Origin: an uncultured Haloferacaceae archaeon
GTDB lineage: Archaea; Halobacteriota; Halobacteria; Halobacteriales; Haloferacaceae
Assembly: GCA_964503105.1 (NCBI GenBank)
Contig: CAZCYW010000006.1
Span: forward strand, 15,276-79,275
DNA length: 64,000 nucleotides
Reading direction: 5' to 3'
The position numbers were made by a program, and so were the translations under genes. Of the stretch, positions 40,053 to 48,877 are shown piece by piece. Within the stretch, counting starts at the first letter, position 1. Each line of letters begins with the position of its first letter. The notes under the pieces are model-generated. The model saw only the letters and a list, made by a program, of their open reading frames with translations, did not search any database and was not told where the DNA came from.

Positions 40053-40748
40053 ATGACTAACACACCAGATACAACCGATGCGGCGGTTTCGATTCCACTC
40101 CCCGAAGACCGTCGGCTCTACTGGCTGTTGTTTGTAAATAGTCAGCTGTTGGCAATCGCACTCTATGTGTTATTGACAAGTGCAACACTCGATGCGCTCC
40201 GACTGGTCGGCTATGCGCTCATTTGGATCAACGTCGCAACGTGGGTCGTCGTCAACAGCCGGCCACAGCCGGCTTCGACTCGTGTTCGTCGCCGAGCAGT
40301 GGGGCTGGCAGTAGGGTATTTCGGGTTGCTGGCGTTTGCCGGTGGCCTGATTGGAGTCGGCATCGGCGATGCAGCCACCGGCTTTCGGATCGCGTACTTG
40401 CCACCGGGATATGGCCCAGCAATGCTCTACAGCGGGACGCTCATCACAATCAATCTACTGCCGATTTACGTGATTGGCTATGCGGCACTAGCATATCTCG
40501 TCTATGTGACCGTTCTCGATGCTGCGGGCTCGGCGGCTGCCGGCGTCCTCGGACTGTTTTCGTGCGTTTCCTGTTCGTGGCCAATTGTCGTCTCGCTCGC
40601 GTCGGCTGTCACCGGTGGCGGCTCGATTCTCGTCGCCTCGGCGTTGCAGGTCTCCTACGGGCTGTCGACGGCGGTCTTCGTACTGACCGCAGCGTTGTTG
40701 TACTGGCGACCGGTTATTTTTAGCCGGTTTCGACTTGGATCAGCGTAA
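40053..40748 (+). CDS. polytopic membrane protein with CxxCSWP motif (unknown function)
   Basis: 231 aa, ~6 TM; CVSCSWP motif resembling the CtaA CTSWPAC loop; start 18 nt after ctaAB stop. Confidence 0.5.
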   Translation: MTNTPDTTDAAVSIPLPEDRRLYWLLFVNSQLLAIALYVLLTSATLDALRLVGYALIWINVATWVVVNSRPQPASTRVRRRAVGLAVGYFGLLAFAGGLIGVGIGDAATGFRIAYLPPGYGPAMLYSGTLITINLLPIYVIGYAALAYLVYVTVLDAAGSAAAGVLGLFSCVSCSWPIVVSLASAVTGGGSILVASALQVSYGLSTAVFVLTAALLYWRPVIFSRFRLGSA

Positions 40749-40802
40749 CTGGCTGTCAGTGAGCCGACGACGTTTTAGCCGCACCCCACAGCTACCCATC
40801 CA

Positions 40803-41036
40803 ATGACAGCCGTCGAAATAGAATACTGTGTTCCCTGTGGGATGCTTGAACGCGCACTCAGTGTACAGCAAGCCATCGCCCGGCAGTTCGGCGACCGACT
40901 CGACCGAATCTCACTCGTGATGGGCGATCACGGCATCTTCGTGGTCCGTGTCGATGGAGAGGTTGTTTTCGACAAATCCGAAGACACGTTCGATATCGAC
41001 GACATTGTTCGTCGTCTTCGGCCACACGTTCAGTAG
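40803..41036 (+). CDS. Rdx-family (SelW/SelT-like) CxxC redox protein
   Basis: 77 aa; N-terminal EIEYCVPCGM motif (CxxC where selenoprotein homologs have CxxU), thioredoxin-like beta-alpha-beta start. Confidence 0.55.
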   Translation: MTAVEIEYCVPCGMLERALSVQQAIARQFGDRLDRISLVMGDHGIFVVRVDGEVVFDKSEDTFDIDDIVRRLRPHVQ

Positions 41037-41105
41037 TTCACAGAGAGACCGGTTGAGCCTGCTGTGCGGCGGGATCGTGTGAGAACGCTCGAACCGACGC
41101 CCTGA

Positions 41106-42122
41106 TTAGTGTCCCCAGCGGACGCCTGCCTCGTTGAAACGAGCATCAGTAATCCGCTCGTGTTGGTCGCGGCTAATTGAGACATCGGCCGCAGCAACGT
41201 TTTCTTCGAGCTGTTCGACGGTTCGTGCCCCGATGATCGGAATACAGGTAAAGGCCCGTTGATCCATCAGCCAGCGCAAGGAGACCTGTGCAGGGGTCGC
41301 ATCGACGTCGTCTGCGATCGTCCGGATCTCATCGAGGACTTTCCAGCCACGTTCGGAGAGATAAAATCGCTCGAACCGTTCATCGAAGCTGCCGCGCGAC
41401 CCATCGGGCGCTTGCACGGATTTCGGATCGTCCGGATCCGCCCGGGTGTATTTGCCCGTCAAAAAGCCACCCGCCAGCGGCGAGTACGGACAGACCGCCA
41501 GATCCTGGTCAGCGACAACCGAAAGATAGTCCTCAACGTCTTTGTAGTAGCCGGCGTGAAACAGCGGCTGGGTAAGCGCAAACCGTTCGTAGTCGTTGAC
41601 ATCGGCTTTCCAGAGCGCCTTGGTTAGCTGCCAGGCGGCCATCGTCGAGGCCCCGAGATAATTCACTTTGCCGTCGTCGACTAAGCCGGTGAGCGCCGAG
41701 AGTGTCTCCTCGATGGGCGTGTTCTCATCCCAGCGGTGAATGTAGTAGCAATCGAGATAGTCGGTGCCGAGTCGCTCAAGGGTGCCATCGATCTGGTTTC
41801 GAATGTGGGTTCGCGAGAGGCCCGACCCGTTTGGGTTGTCGTCGTCGAAGCCGAAGTAGACCTTCGAGGCGATGACGTATTTTTCGCGGTCGCGCTCGGC
41901 GAGCCAGTTGCCGATATACGACTCGCTGGTGCCGTTTGGATCGCCGTAGATGTTTGCGGTGTCGATGAAATTACCGCCGTGGTTCGCAAACGCATCAAGC
42001 AGTTCGTGTGCTTGGGTTTCGTCGGTTTCGAGGACGCCACTGCTTTCGCGGCCAAAGCGCCACGTCCCAAAACAGAGTTCAGAAACCCGTGTGCCCGTCG
42101 AACCAAGCTGTCGGTAGTCCAT
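41106..42122 (-). CDS. aldo/keto reductase
   Basis: start at ATG 42122 (MDYRQLGSTGTRVSELCFGTW...) in ORF 41106-42251; AKR catalytic tetrad context and IPIIGART C-terminal motif. Confidence 0.85.
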   Translation of the reverse strand: MDYRQLGSTGTRVSELCFGTWRFGRESSGVLETDETQAHELLDAFANHGGNFIDTANIYGDPNGTSESYIGNWLAERDREKYVIASKVYFGFDDDNPNGSGLSRTHIRNQIDGTLERLGTDYLDCYYIHRWDENTPIEETLSALTGLVDDGKVNYLGASTMAAWQLTKALWKADVNDYERFALTQPLFHAGYYKDVEDYLSVVADQDLAVCPYSPLAGGFLTGKYTRADPDDPKSVQAPDGSRGSFDERFERFYLSERGWKVLDEIRTIADDVDATPAQVSLRWLMDQRAFTCIPIIGARTVEQLEENVAAADVSISRDQHERITDARFNEAGVRWGH

Positions 42123-42265
42123 TGTACCTTCAGGTTTCTCATCGGTTGCTAAAACCGTATCCGCGTTGCGGCCAGCCGTTCGACAAGAAAGAAGCGTAAA
42201 CTGACACGACTTCGAGGTGAGCGTGTCCTCTCGATACAGCAACCACCACACGCGTTCGGCGTCGA

Positions 42266-42364
42266 CTATAAGAATACAGCCATGCCGGTCGTGATACCAA
42301 TCGCGATAACGATAATAATCATCATCACGAGCCCAACTGTCGAGAGATGCGCTCGGCTATCCAT
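42266..42364 (-). CDS. possible 32-aa hydrophobic micropeptide (MDSRAHLSTVGLVMMIIIVIAIGITTGMAVFL)
   Basis: short ORF hand-translated from the minus strand, upstream of and co-oriented with the AKR gene; single predicted TM helix; no other support. Confidence 0.2.
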   Translation of the reverse strand: MDSRAHLSTVGLVMMIIIVIAIGITTGMAVFL

Positions 42365-42507
42365 CAGTTCACCCTTGCAAACCAAACAGTATAGCTGTTC
42401 GGTCTGCAAATATCAATCGAGATAGTTTGATTCGACGGTTCTGACAACAGCCTCTGGCCGAGTCAGCAAAACAGAATCCTTAGGCCGGAACCGCCCCGAC
42501 CTCCGGT

Positions 42508-43506
42508 ATGAACGAGGTTGTCGTCGCCGAAGGCGTCCGAAAAGCCTACGGCGAGACGGTTGCACTCGACGGAGTCGATCTCGCGGTCGGCCACGGAGAG
42601 GTCTTCGGGCTGATCGGGCCGAACGGGGCCGGCAAAACGACGCTGATTCGGGCACTCACCGGAACGACGCCGGTTGACGGTGAGATTCAGATCCGGGGCC
42701 AACGGCCGACAGCGGTCGACTCGGATCGGATCGGCCTGCTTCCCCAGTCGTTTGCCCCGCCAGCGCGGCTCACCGCACGCGAGCTACTCGATTATTATGG
42801 TGGACTCTACGATTCGGCCCGTGAGACTGATGCGGTCCTCTCGGACGTTGGACTGACTGAGGCGGCCGACAGCTGGTATGAAACGCTCTCTGGCGGCCAA
42901 CAGCGCCGCGTCTGTGTCGGTATTGCCCTCGTCAACGATCCCGAAATACTCTTTCTCGACGAGCCAACAACCGGCATCGACCCTGCGGGCCGACGAGCCC
43001 TGTGGTCTCTGCTCGAATCACTTGCTGACGGGGGGACGACGATCTTTCTGACCAGCCATTCGATGGCAGAGGTCGAACGACTCTCGGACCGTGTTGGCCT
43101 CCTGCAAGCCGGCCAGCTCGTCGCTGTCGGGACACCGCTGGAACTGATTGACGCCCACGGAGGGGCAAGCCGGCTGGTACTCGAGACCGACGAGAGCAAG
43201 CGGGCTGCAGCCGCACTCACCACCGAAGGGTTCGCCGCCACAGCCAGTCCACAAGAGGTTGTTGTCGATGGTGTTTCTCCGATTGATATCGGCGATGCGG
43301 TAACAGTACTCTCGACCGCAGGTGTCGGCTACGATTCATTGACGTGGACCGAACCGAGTCTCGAAGACGTCTATCTCCAGCTTACCGGTGAGACGTTTGA
43401 GGGAGCGATGACCCCAGGGGCGAGTGTTGTAACCGAGGCATCCCAGACTGACGCGACCGAGGAGCCCGACGCCGCAGTCGTCGCTTCCGGGGAGGGACAC
43501 CAGTGA
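42508..43506 (+). CDS. ABC transporter ATP-binding protein (ABC-2 exporter type)
   Basis: 332 aa; Walker A GPNGAGKTT, signature LSGGQQRR, Walker B ILFLDEPT. Confidence 0.85.
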   Translation: MNEVVVAEGVRKAYGETVALDGVDLAVGHGEVFGLIGPNGAGKTTLIRALTGTTPVDGEIQIRGQRPTAVDSDRIGLLPQSFAPPARLTARELLDYYGGLYDSARETDAVLSDVGLTEAADSWYETLSGGQQRRVCVGIALVNDPEILFLDEPTTGIDPAGRRALWSLLESLADGGTTIFLTSHSMAEVERLSDRVGLLQAGQLVAVGTPLELIDAHGGASRLVLETDESKRAAAALTTEGFAATASPQEVVVDGVSPIDIGDAVTVLSTAGVGYDSLTWTEPSLEDVYLQLTGETFEGAMTPGASVVTEASQTDATEEPDAAVVASGEGHQ

Positions 43507-44267
43507 GCCGAGCCCACCGAATCCGTGCGGAGGCAGTCGCCGCATGGCACTCGTTTCTCCGTCGCCGGACGGCCGTCTTTTTCACCTTCTTTTTCCCGGT
43601 GATTTTGGTCGTCATTTTTGGCGCATTGGTCCGCACCCAGCCGACCGACGGCGGCCTGTTTGCCGAGCCGGCAGCCTACTATATTCCAGGCTATCTGGCG
43701 ACTGTTGTCCTGTTTACCCCACTCTCGCGGGTCGGCAGCGAAATCGCCCGCCACCGCGATGACAACCGATTCGAGAAGCTGGCAACGACGCCGTTGAGTC
43801 GCGCCGAATGGCTGTTTGCTCATACCGTTGTCAACGTCCTGATTATCGGTGTCGCCAGCCTGTTGATTCTTGGATTAGTGTTGCTGCTAACCGACGCAAC
43901 CGTCCCACTCACGGGGTCGCTTGCACTCTTGATTCCGTTTATTATTCTCGCCGTGATCCTCTTTTGTGGCTTCGGCGCACTCCTCGGCCGGCTGGCTGAC
44001 TCCCAAGATGGTGTTATCGCCGCGAGCAACACCATTGCACTGCCACTGTTGTTCCTCTCGGATACGTTCATCACGCTCGAACAGCTGCCGAGCTGGTTTG
44101 GGCCGCTGGTCGAACTTTCGCCGTTAACATACTTCGCCCGGGGCGTGCGAGCAGTCACCTACGGTCCGGCAGCTGGCGATTCGTATCTCGTTGAGTTGGG
44201 AATTCTCACGCTACTGGCCGTCGGATTCTTTGTTGCCGGCGCGTATGCGATTCCACGGACGGACTGA
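43503..44267 (+). CDS. ABC-2 family transporter permease
   Basis: 254 aa, 6 TM; start overlaps the ATPase stop (ATGA). Confidence 0.75.
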   Translation: MSRAHRIRAEAVAAWHSFLRRRTAVFFTFFFPVILVVIFGALVRTQPTDGGLFAEPAAYYIPGYLATVVLFTPLSRVGSEIARHRDDNRFEKLATTPLSRAEWLFAHTVVNVLIIGVASLLILGLVLLLTDATVPLTGSLALLIPFIILAVILFCGFGALLGRLADSQDGVIAASNTIALPLLFLSDTFITLEQLPSWFGPLVELSPLTYFARGVRAVTYGPAAGDSYLVELGILTLLAVGFFVAGAYAIPRTD

Positions 44268-44376
44268 AATTCAAGTGCGGTGTGACGTTGGTTTGGCGAG
44301 TAACAGCCCATCTAACTGCTTCGGAATCCGGGGTATCCGGGTGTTTTTATTTCGCGATGGCGTCGCTGGCGACACA

Positions 44377-44607
44377 ATGTCTCACCGACCCGCTCCCAAA
44401 TCGGTCAGCACCCTCCTCGATGACGACCCGCTCAACCAGTTCAACGTCCTTTCGCTGCTTGCACAGGCGAGTTACGCCTTCCACAATGGAAACGAAGAGC
44501 GTGCCGCGCTCTTGATCGGGGCGGCACTGCTTGCACCGAAATACAAGGGGGCATCATACCTGATCCAAGGCGCGCTCACACTCAACGACGTTCGAAAAAA
44601 GCTGTAA
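44377..44607 (+). CDS. small hypothetical protein
   Basis: 76-aa ORF from internal ATG 44377 of ORF 44191-44607; no recognisable motif. Confidence 0.3.
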   Translation: MSHRPAPKSVSTLLDDDPLNQFNVLSLLAQASYAFHNGNEERAALLIGAALLAPKYKGASYLIQGALTLNDVRKKL

Positions 44608-44688
44608 GCATACTGCCGAGTGAAACCGGGATTGCAAGCCGAAAATAGGCTGATACGAACCGCAGACGACACAGACTGCCGGGGCAGC

Positions 44689-45432
44689 TTATGCCGAAAA
44701 AAGCCGTTTGAGCCAGCCCAACAGCCCACCCGATGATTCGGAAGTCGATTCGGCTGGCTTTGGGGAGCCGTCAGCTGTCGACGCATCGGCCGACGGTGTC
44801 TCTGCGGGTGCGGTCTCGAAATCCTCATGGCTGATTTCGTCTTCATATTCCTCGCGCGTATCTCGCACAAGTGCGATCCGCGCGCCCGTTTCAGCGGCAA
44901 TTTCTGCGTTCGTTAGCTCGGGGTCCGCAAGCGCAGCAGCGAGAATAGCCTCCTGTGTCTCGCTCCGTCCGCTGTCGGCGGAGGTCGACGCACTGTCGTC
45001 GTCGGCTTCTGCTGTCGACGCCGAATCGGCACTCTCCGTTGTGTAGGCTGCGGGGTCGTACGTATCACGAGTATCCCGAACCAGCGTGATTCGAGCCCCT
45101 GTCGCTTCGGCAATCTCGCTGTTCGTGTGCTGTGGGTTCGCCGCCACGGCTTCGAGAATCGCTTGCTGTAGCTCGGATGGCTCGGCGGCTGTGGACTGAG
45201 AATCAGCAGTCTCGGACGACTCAGACGGCGCTGCCGACTGGGTCGGTGTTGACTCGCTGTCGGCGAGCACAACCTCGTCTTCATACTCGGCGCGGGTATC
45301 CCGGACGAGCGCGATTCGGGTTCCCGTGTTGTCGGCGATTTCCGCGTTAGTTAGTTCCGGCTGTTTCAGCGCGGTTTCGAGAATGGCGCGCTGTGCCTCG
45401 CTAAACGTCGCTGAGTCGGTCGATTTCGCCAT
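44689..45432 (-). CDS. protein of three tandem HTH-like repeat modules with amphipathic C-terminus
   Basis: start at ATG 45432 (MAKSTDSATFSEAQ...); three ~65-aa repeats, each AILE-A-L-x-P-x-(L/H)TN(A/S)EIA-x-TG-(T/A)RI-x-LVRDTR-x-(E/T)Y(E/D); ends GGLLGWLKRLFSA. Confidence 0.5.
   Translation of the reverse strand: MAKSTDSATFSEAQRAILETALKQPELTNAEIADNTGTRIALVRDTRAEYEDEVVLADSESTPTQSAAPSESSETADSQSTAAEPSELQQAILEAVAANPQHTNSEIAEATGARITLVRDTRDTYDPAAYTTESADSASTAEADDDSASTSADSGRSETQEAILAAALADPELTNAEIAAETGARIALVRDTREEYEDEISHEDFETAPAETPSADASTADGSPKPAESTSESSGGLLGWLKRLFSA
44817..45405. repeat. three imperfect ~200-240-nt direct repeats (coding; HTH-like modules)
   Basis: recurrent atcccgaac(c/a)ag(c/t)g(t/c)gat(t/c)cg(a/c)g...gcaat(c/t)tc(t/g)c(t/g)gtt(c/a)gt(t/g)agctcgg blocks near 44860, 45060 and 45300. 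Confidence 0.7.
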
Positions 45433-45667
45433 TAGTTGCTCCTCGCTGTCACCGTGGCTGGTGGTGTTTGATCGTCGATACGTCCGTCGCAGCCGTCCGT
45501 CGCGGCCACGTCCCCAGTGAATACTGCATTCATGTGGCTTGTTCACTCTGAGCAACAGTAATCAATCTACCGCCTTTCAACACCTGCAGGCGGCCCAACA
45601 CGCGGACCTGCCGGACTGCGGGCAACCGATACCGGTTTTTACTATGCTGGGAAAAATATACCCAGAT

Positions 45668-46321
45668 ATGAGTACCAAACACGACGTGTTCGGGCAGCTA
45701 CGCGAAAGCGGTGTTGTTGCTGTGCTTCGCGGCGTTGATGCTGAGACGCTTATCGAGATTACCGATGCGCTCGTCGATGGAGGGGTCAGCGGTATCGAAC
45801 TCACCGCCGATACGCCGGGAATCGCCGAGATGGTTGAGGAACTGACCGGCTCATTCGACGACGAGATTGTCGTCGGCGTGGGGACTGTCCTCGACGCGGA
45901 GACGGCCCGAACGGCAATGCTCGGCGGTGCCGACTTCATCGTGAGCCCGAGTCTCCACGAAGACGTGATCACTGTCTGCAACCGGTATGGAACCCTCGTC
46001 GCTCCGGGGATTATGACGCCAAGCGAAGCCATTCGCGGGTTTGAGGCCGGTGCCGACCTCCTGAAGGTCTTTCCGGCGTCGTCGCTCGGCCCAAGGCATC
46101 TCAGTTCGATCAAGGGTCCGCTAGGACAGATTCCACTGATGCCGACCGGTGGTGTCACCGTCGACAACGCCGCAGCCTACATCGACGCCGGGGCCGAGTG
46201 CGTTGGCGCAGGCAGTGCGCTTGTCGATTACGAGGCTGCCGACCGCGGCGACTTCGACGTGATCACCGAAACCGCTCGAGAATTTTCGGCGGTCGTCGAT
46301 GCGGCCCGAGACGAATCGTAA
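45668..46321 (+). CDS. eda: KDPG / KHG aldolase (Eda family)
   Basis: start ATG 45668 (MSTKHDVF...); class I aldolase TIM-barrel with catalytic region GADLLKVFPA and ...MPTGGV. Confidence 0.75.
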   Translation: MSTKHDVFGQLRESGVVAVLRGVDAETLIEITDALVDGGVSGIELTADTPGIAEMVEELTGSFDDEIVVGVGTVLDAETARTAMLGGADFIVSPSLHEDVITVCNRYGTLVAPGIMTPSEAIRGFEAGADLLKVFPASSLGPRHLSSIKGPLGQIPLMPTGGVTVDNAAAYIDAGAECVGAGSALVDYEAADRGDFDVITETAREFSAVVDAARDES

Positions 46322-46353
46322 CGTCGTACAGTGAGAAACAGTAGTCAGGCCGA

Positions 46354-48306
46354 TCAGTTTTTGTCCGTTCCGTTGGCTGGCTCGTCCGTATCGCTGACGC
46401 TGTCGGTGTGGTCTGCTTCCGCATCGTCGACGCCGTCGGTGTGGTCTGCTTCCGCATCGTCGACGCCGTCGGTGTGGTCTGCTTCCGCGTCGTCGACGCC
46501 GTCGGTGTGATCTGCTTCCGTGTTGTCGATGCTGTCGGTGCCGGTTGTATCGGCTTCCCCGTTGTCGGCGTCCACGTCGTCGTCGAAATCAGTGGTTTCT
46601 GCGTCCGCTTTCGTGTCCGCTGGTTCCAACTCGTCAGGCCGAGCGGGCTCGGTCGAATCGGTTGTGTTGGCTGGCTCGTCCGAGGCGGCCTGCTCGGCTG
46701 AGTCATCCGACTGGTTTGGGTCACGTCTCTCAAACGCCGGTGTCGACAGATCGGCGTCGTCGTGTTCGTCCAGCCACTGAAACGAGGCGTTGGTTCGACG
46801 GGCCGCCCGGCGGTCAGCTAAGGCGTCGTTGAGCCGTTCGGTGAGTTTTTCACGGAGCGAAACCGCATCAGCGTCATCGATATCGATAGCCGAGCAGTCC
46901 TTGCCAAGGATCGACAACGAGCCGGCGGTATCGGCGACGACGGTGGCAACATTCCACCGGCGCTGGAAGATCGTCCGGGTGTCGAGAACCGTCTGAATTC
47001 GGTAGTACGCGACAAACTTGGTCTCGCGGTTCCAAAAGCCGTTCCGCGTGACAATGTGGTCCTCGCCGAGCCAGTAGCCACGGTGGAGCCATTTGTAGTG
47101 GGCGGCGATTGGGGCCACAAGGATGCCAGCGACCGGAAGATACCACGGGATATCCGCAGCAGCGTCGACGAAGAGACTTGCCGTATAGAGGATGCCGGTT
47201 AGCACACCGAGAGCTATGACATACCGGGCAAAGTACCGTCGCCGAATACGTTTCGGCGGGCGTTTGAACGACGGGGTTCCGTAGGAATCGATCTCCCGTG
47301 CTAACGCTTCGACGCGGTCGAGACTGGCAATTGGGACGGCTGCTTCGCTGCCGCGGCCGCCGGCTTGTCCCGGCGCGTAGCCAGCGGTTTCAACCGAGAG
47401 CGTCGCAAAGCCAGCCCGCCGTTTGAGCGGGTTGTCTTCGATCGTCATCGCCTGAATCTTATCGAACGGAATCGTCCCACTGTAGCGCTGAAGCAGTCCG
47501 CGTTCGTACCTGAGTTCGTCGGCCGACCGCGTGAGCTGAAAGCCCCAGTAGTTGATAATCGCCGACAGCGCGCCGACAACCCATGCTAAGACGATCGCCC
47601 CAACAAGCAGAATCCCGACAGTAATGATGAACACCAGCGTCGAGCCTGTCGTCGGAATAATCGGTGAGACGAACGGAATCGACCCGGTGAAAAGCGCGAT
47701 TAGCAGGCCTGGAACACGCGGATCGAACGAGAGAATCCCGGCGAGTGCGAGCTCCGATGGGGCGATTTTGAACAGCACTTCCTCGTCGATTTCAGGGCGT
47801 TCGTCGTCGCCACGGGCGTCCGTCTCGGCCTCGGAATCACGGTCGCCACGGGTGCGCTCGTCCTCGCGAGCCACGTCGCGCTTGCGGTAGCGAATCTCCT
47901 GTTGGAGTCGGTCGGCTTCAGCCGCCGATACGTACTGGATGACTGCTTCAGTCGAGCCACCGCCGGCGGTTTCGATGTTGACCGCCGAAATGCCGACAAG
48001 CCGTTGGACGATATTTCGAGTTGTATCGACGTTTTGGATTCGGCCGTAGGGGATTTCGCGCTCACGGCGGCTGAAGACACCCGACTGCAGATCGAAGGTG
48101 TCGTCGGTGAGTTCGTAGGTGAACCGACGGTAGTAAGCGATTTCGTAGATGAGTGTCAGAACGAGAATACCGCCAATAGCGCCAACAAACCCGAGACTCC
48201 CGAACTGAGCGCCAGCGCCGAACGAGGCGATGAGGACGACCGTAATAACGAGGCTTGAGGCTTTCTGCAGCACGCGATAGGGAACCGAAACGGGCGCTAA
48301 CTTCAC
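46354..48306 (-). CDS. YdbT-like membrane protein with three bacterial-PH (bPH_2) domains and acidic 11-aa tandem-repeat C-terminal tail
   Basis: 650 aa; repeated TM-hairpin + bPH_2 units (e.g. YRRFTYELTDDTFDLQSGVFSRREREIPYGRIQNV); C-terminus has 4x DHTDGVDDAEA. Confidence 0.6.
   Translation of the reverse strand: MKLAPVSVPYRVLQKASSLVITVVLIASFGAGAQFGSLGFVGAIGGILVLTLIYEIAYYRRFTYELTDDTFDLQSGVFSRREREIPYGRIQNVDTTRNIVQRLVGISAVNIETAGGGSTEAVIQYVSAAEADRLQQEIRYRKRDVAREDERTRGDRDSEAETDARGDDERPEIDEEVLFKIAPSELALAGILSFDPRVPGLLIALFTGSIPFVSPIIPTTGSTLVFIITVGILLVGAIVLAWVVGALSAIINYWGFQLTRSADELRYERGLLQRYSGTIPFDKIQAMTIEDNPLKRRAGFATLSVETAGYAPGQAGGRGSEAAVPIASLDRVEALAREIDSYGTPSFKRPPKRIRRRYFARYVIALGVLTGILYTASLFVDAAADIPWYLPVAGILVAPIAAHYKWLHRGYWLGEDHIVTRNGFWNRETKFVAYYRIQTVLDTRTIFQRRWNVATVVADTAGSLSILGKDCSAIDIDDADAVSLREKLTERLNDALADRRAARRTNASFQWLDEHDDADLSTPAFERRDPNQSDDSAEQAASDEPANTTDSTEPARPDELEPADTKADAETTDFDDDVDADNGEADTTGTDSIDNTEADHTDGVDDAEADHTDGVDDAEADHTDGVDDAEADHTDSVSDTDEPANGTDKN
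46408..46539. repeat. 4 x 33-nt direct tandem repeat (coding; 11-aa DHTDGVDDAEA units of the YdbT-like tail)
   Basis: gtggtctgcttccgcatcgtcgacgccgtcggt repeated head-to-tail, last copy degenerate. Confidence 0.85.
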
Positions 48307-48770
48307 ACCGCGTCCTCCCCGTCGGCGGCGATGGCCAGCGCTTTGAGCTGCTTTCGGAGTGCGGTCGCGGCCTCAGGTGTCAGTCCCGGAATCGTGACAT
48401 CGGCGCCGCGAGAGCCGGCCGTATAGACAACCGTGCTTGCCAGTCCGACAAGTCGCTCGAAAGCCGATCGGCGCGAATCGACGTGCTGGATGCGAACCAA
48501 CGGTACTTCGGTTCGGACTTCTGTCAGTACACCGCGTTCGAGATAGATGGCGTCGTCGCCAACGACATATCCCCAGTTGCGGTAGCGCAAAAGGGCGAAT
48601 ACAATCCCAATAACAAGTGCGACGGTAGCGATTCCGATTGGGATGAACGGTGAGAGCTCGAAAAAGAAGGCGACTGCGGCGGCAATTGCCCCGACAATCC
48701 CGGCTCGAACAACCGCTCGTAGTATCCAGACGATCCGAATTCGTGGATGGAGGGTGTTCATCGCCGCCAC
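48303..48770 (-). CDS. YdbS-like single bPH_2 domain membrane protein
   Basis: 155 aa; TM hairpin + bPH_2 (YRNWGYVVGDDAIYLERGVLTEVRTEVPLVRIQHV); stop overlaps the YdbT-like start by 4 nt. Confidence 0.6.
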   Translation of the reverse strand: MAAMNTLHPRIRIVWILRAVVRAGIVGAIAAAVAFFFELSPFIPIGIATVALVIGIVFALLRYRNWGYVVGDDAIYLERGVLTEVRTEVPLVRIQHVDSRRSAFERLVGLASTVVYTAGSRGADVTIPGLTPEAATALRKQLKALAIAADGEDAV

Positions 48771-48877
48771 CCCGGCTGTGGTCCTCGTCGAGTGACAGTC
48801 ATAGGCGTCAGTAGACAGGGTGGCTGTATAAGTCTCAATATCTGGAGGGCCACGACGCCGTCGAACCCGGCTGAACG

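Noticed and set aside
46408-46539. Regular 33-nt direct repeats that superficially resemble a CRISPR array
   Set aside because: Perfectly head-to-tail with no spacers, in frame within a long ORF, translating to an acidic peptide repeat. This is a coding tandem repeat, not CRISPR.
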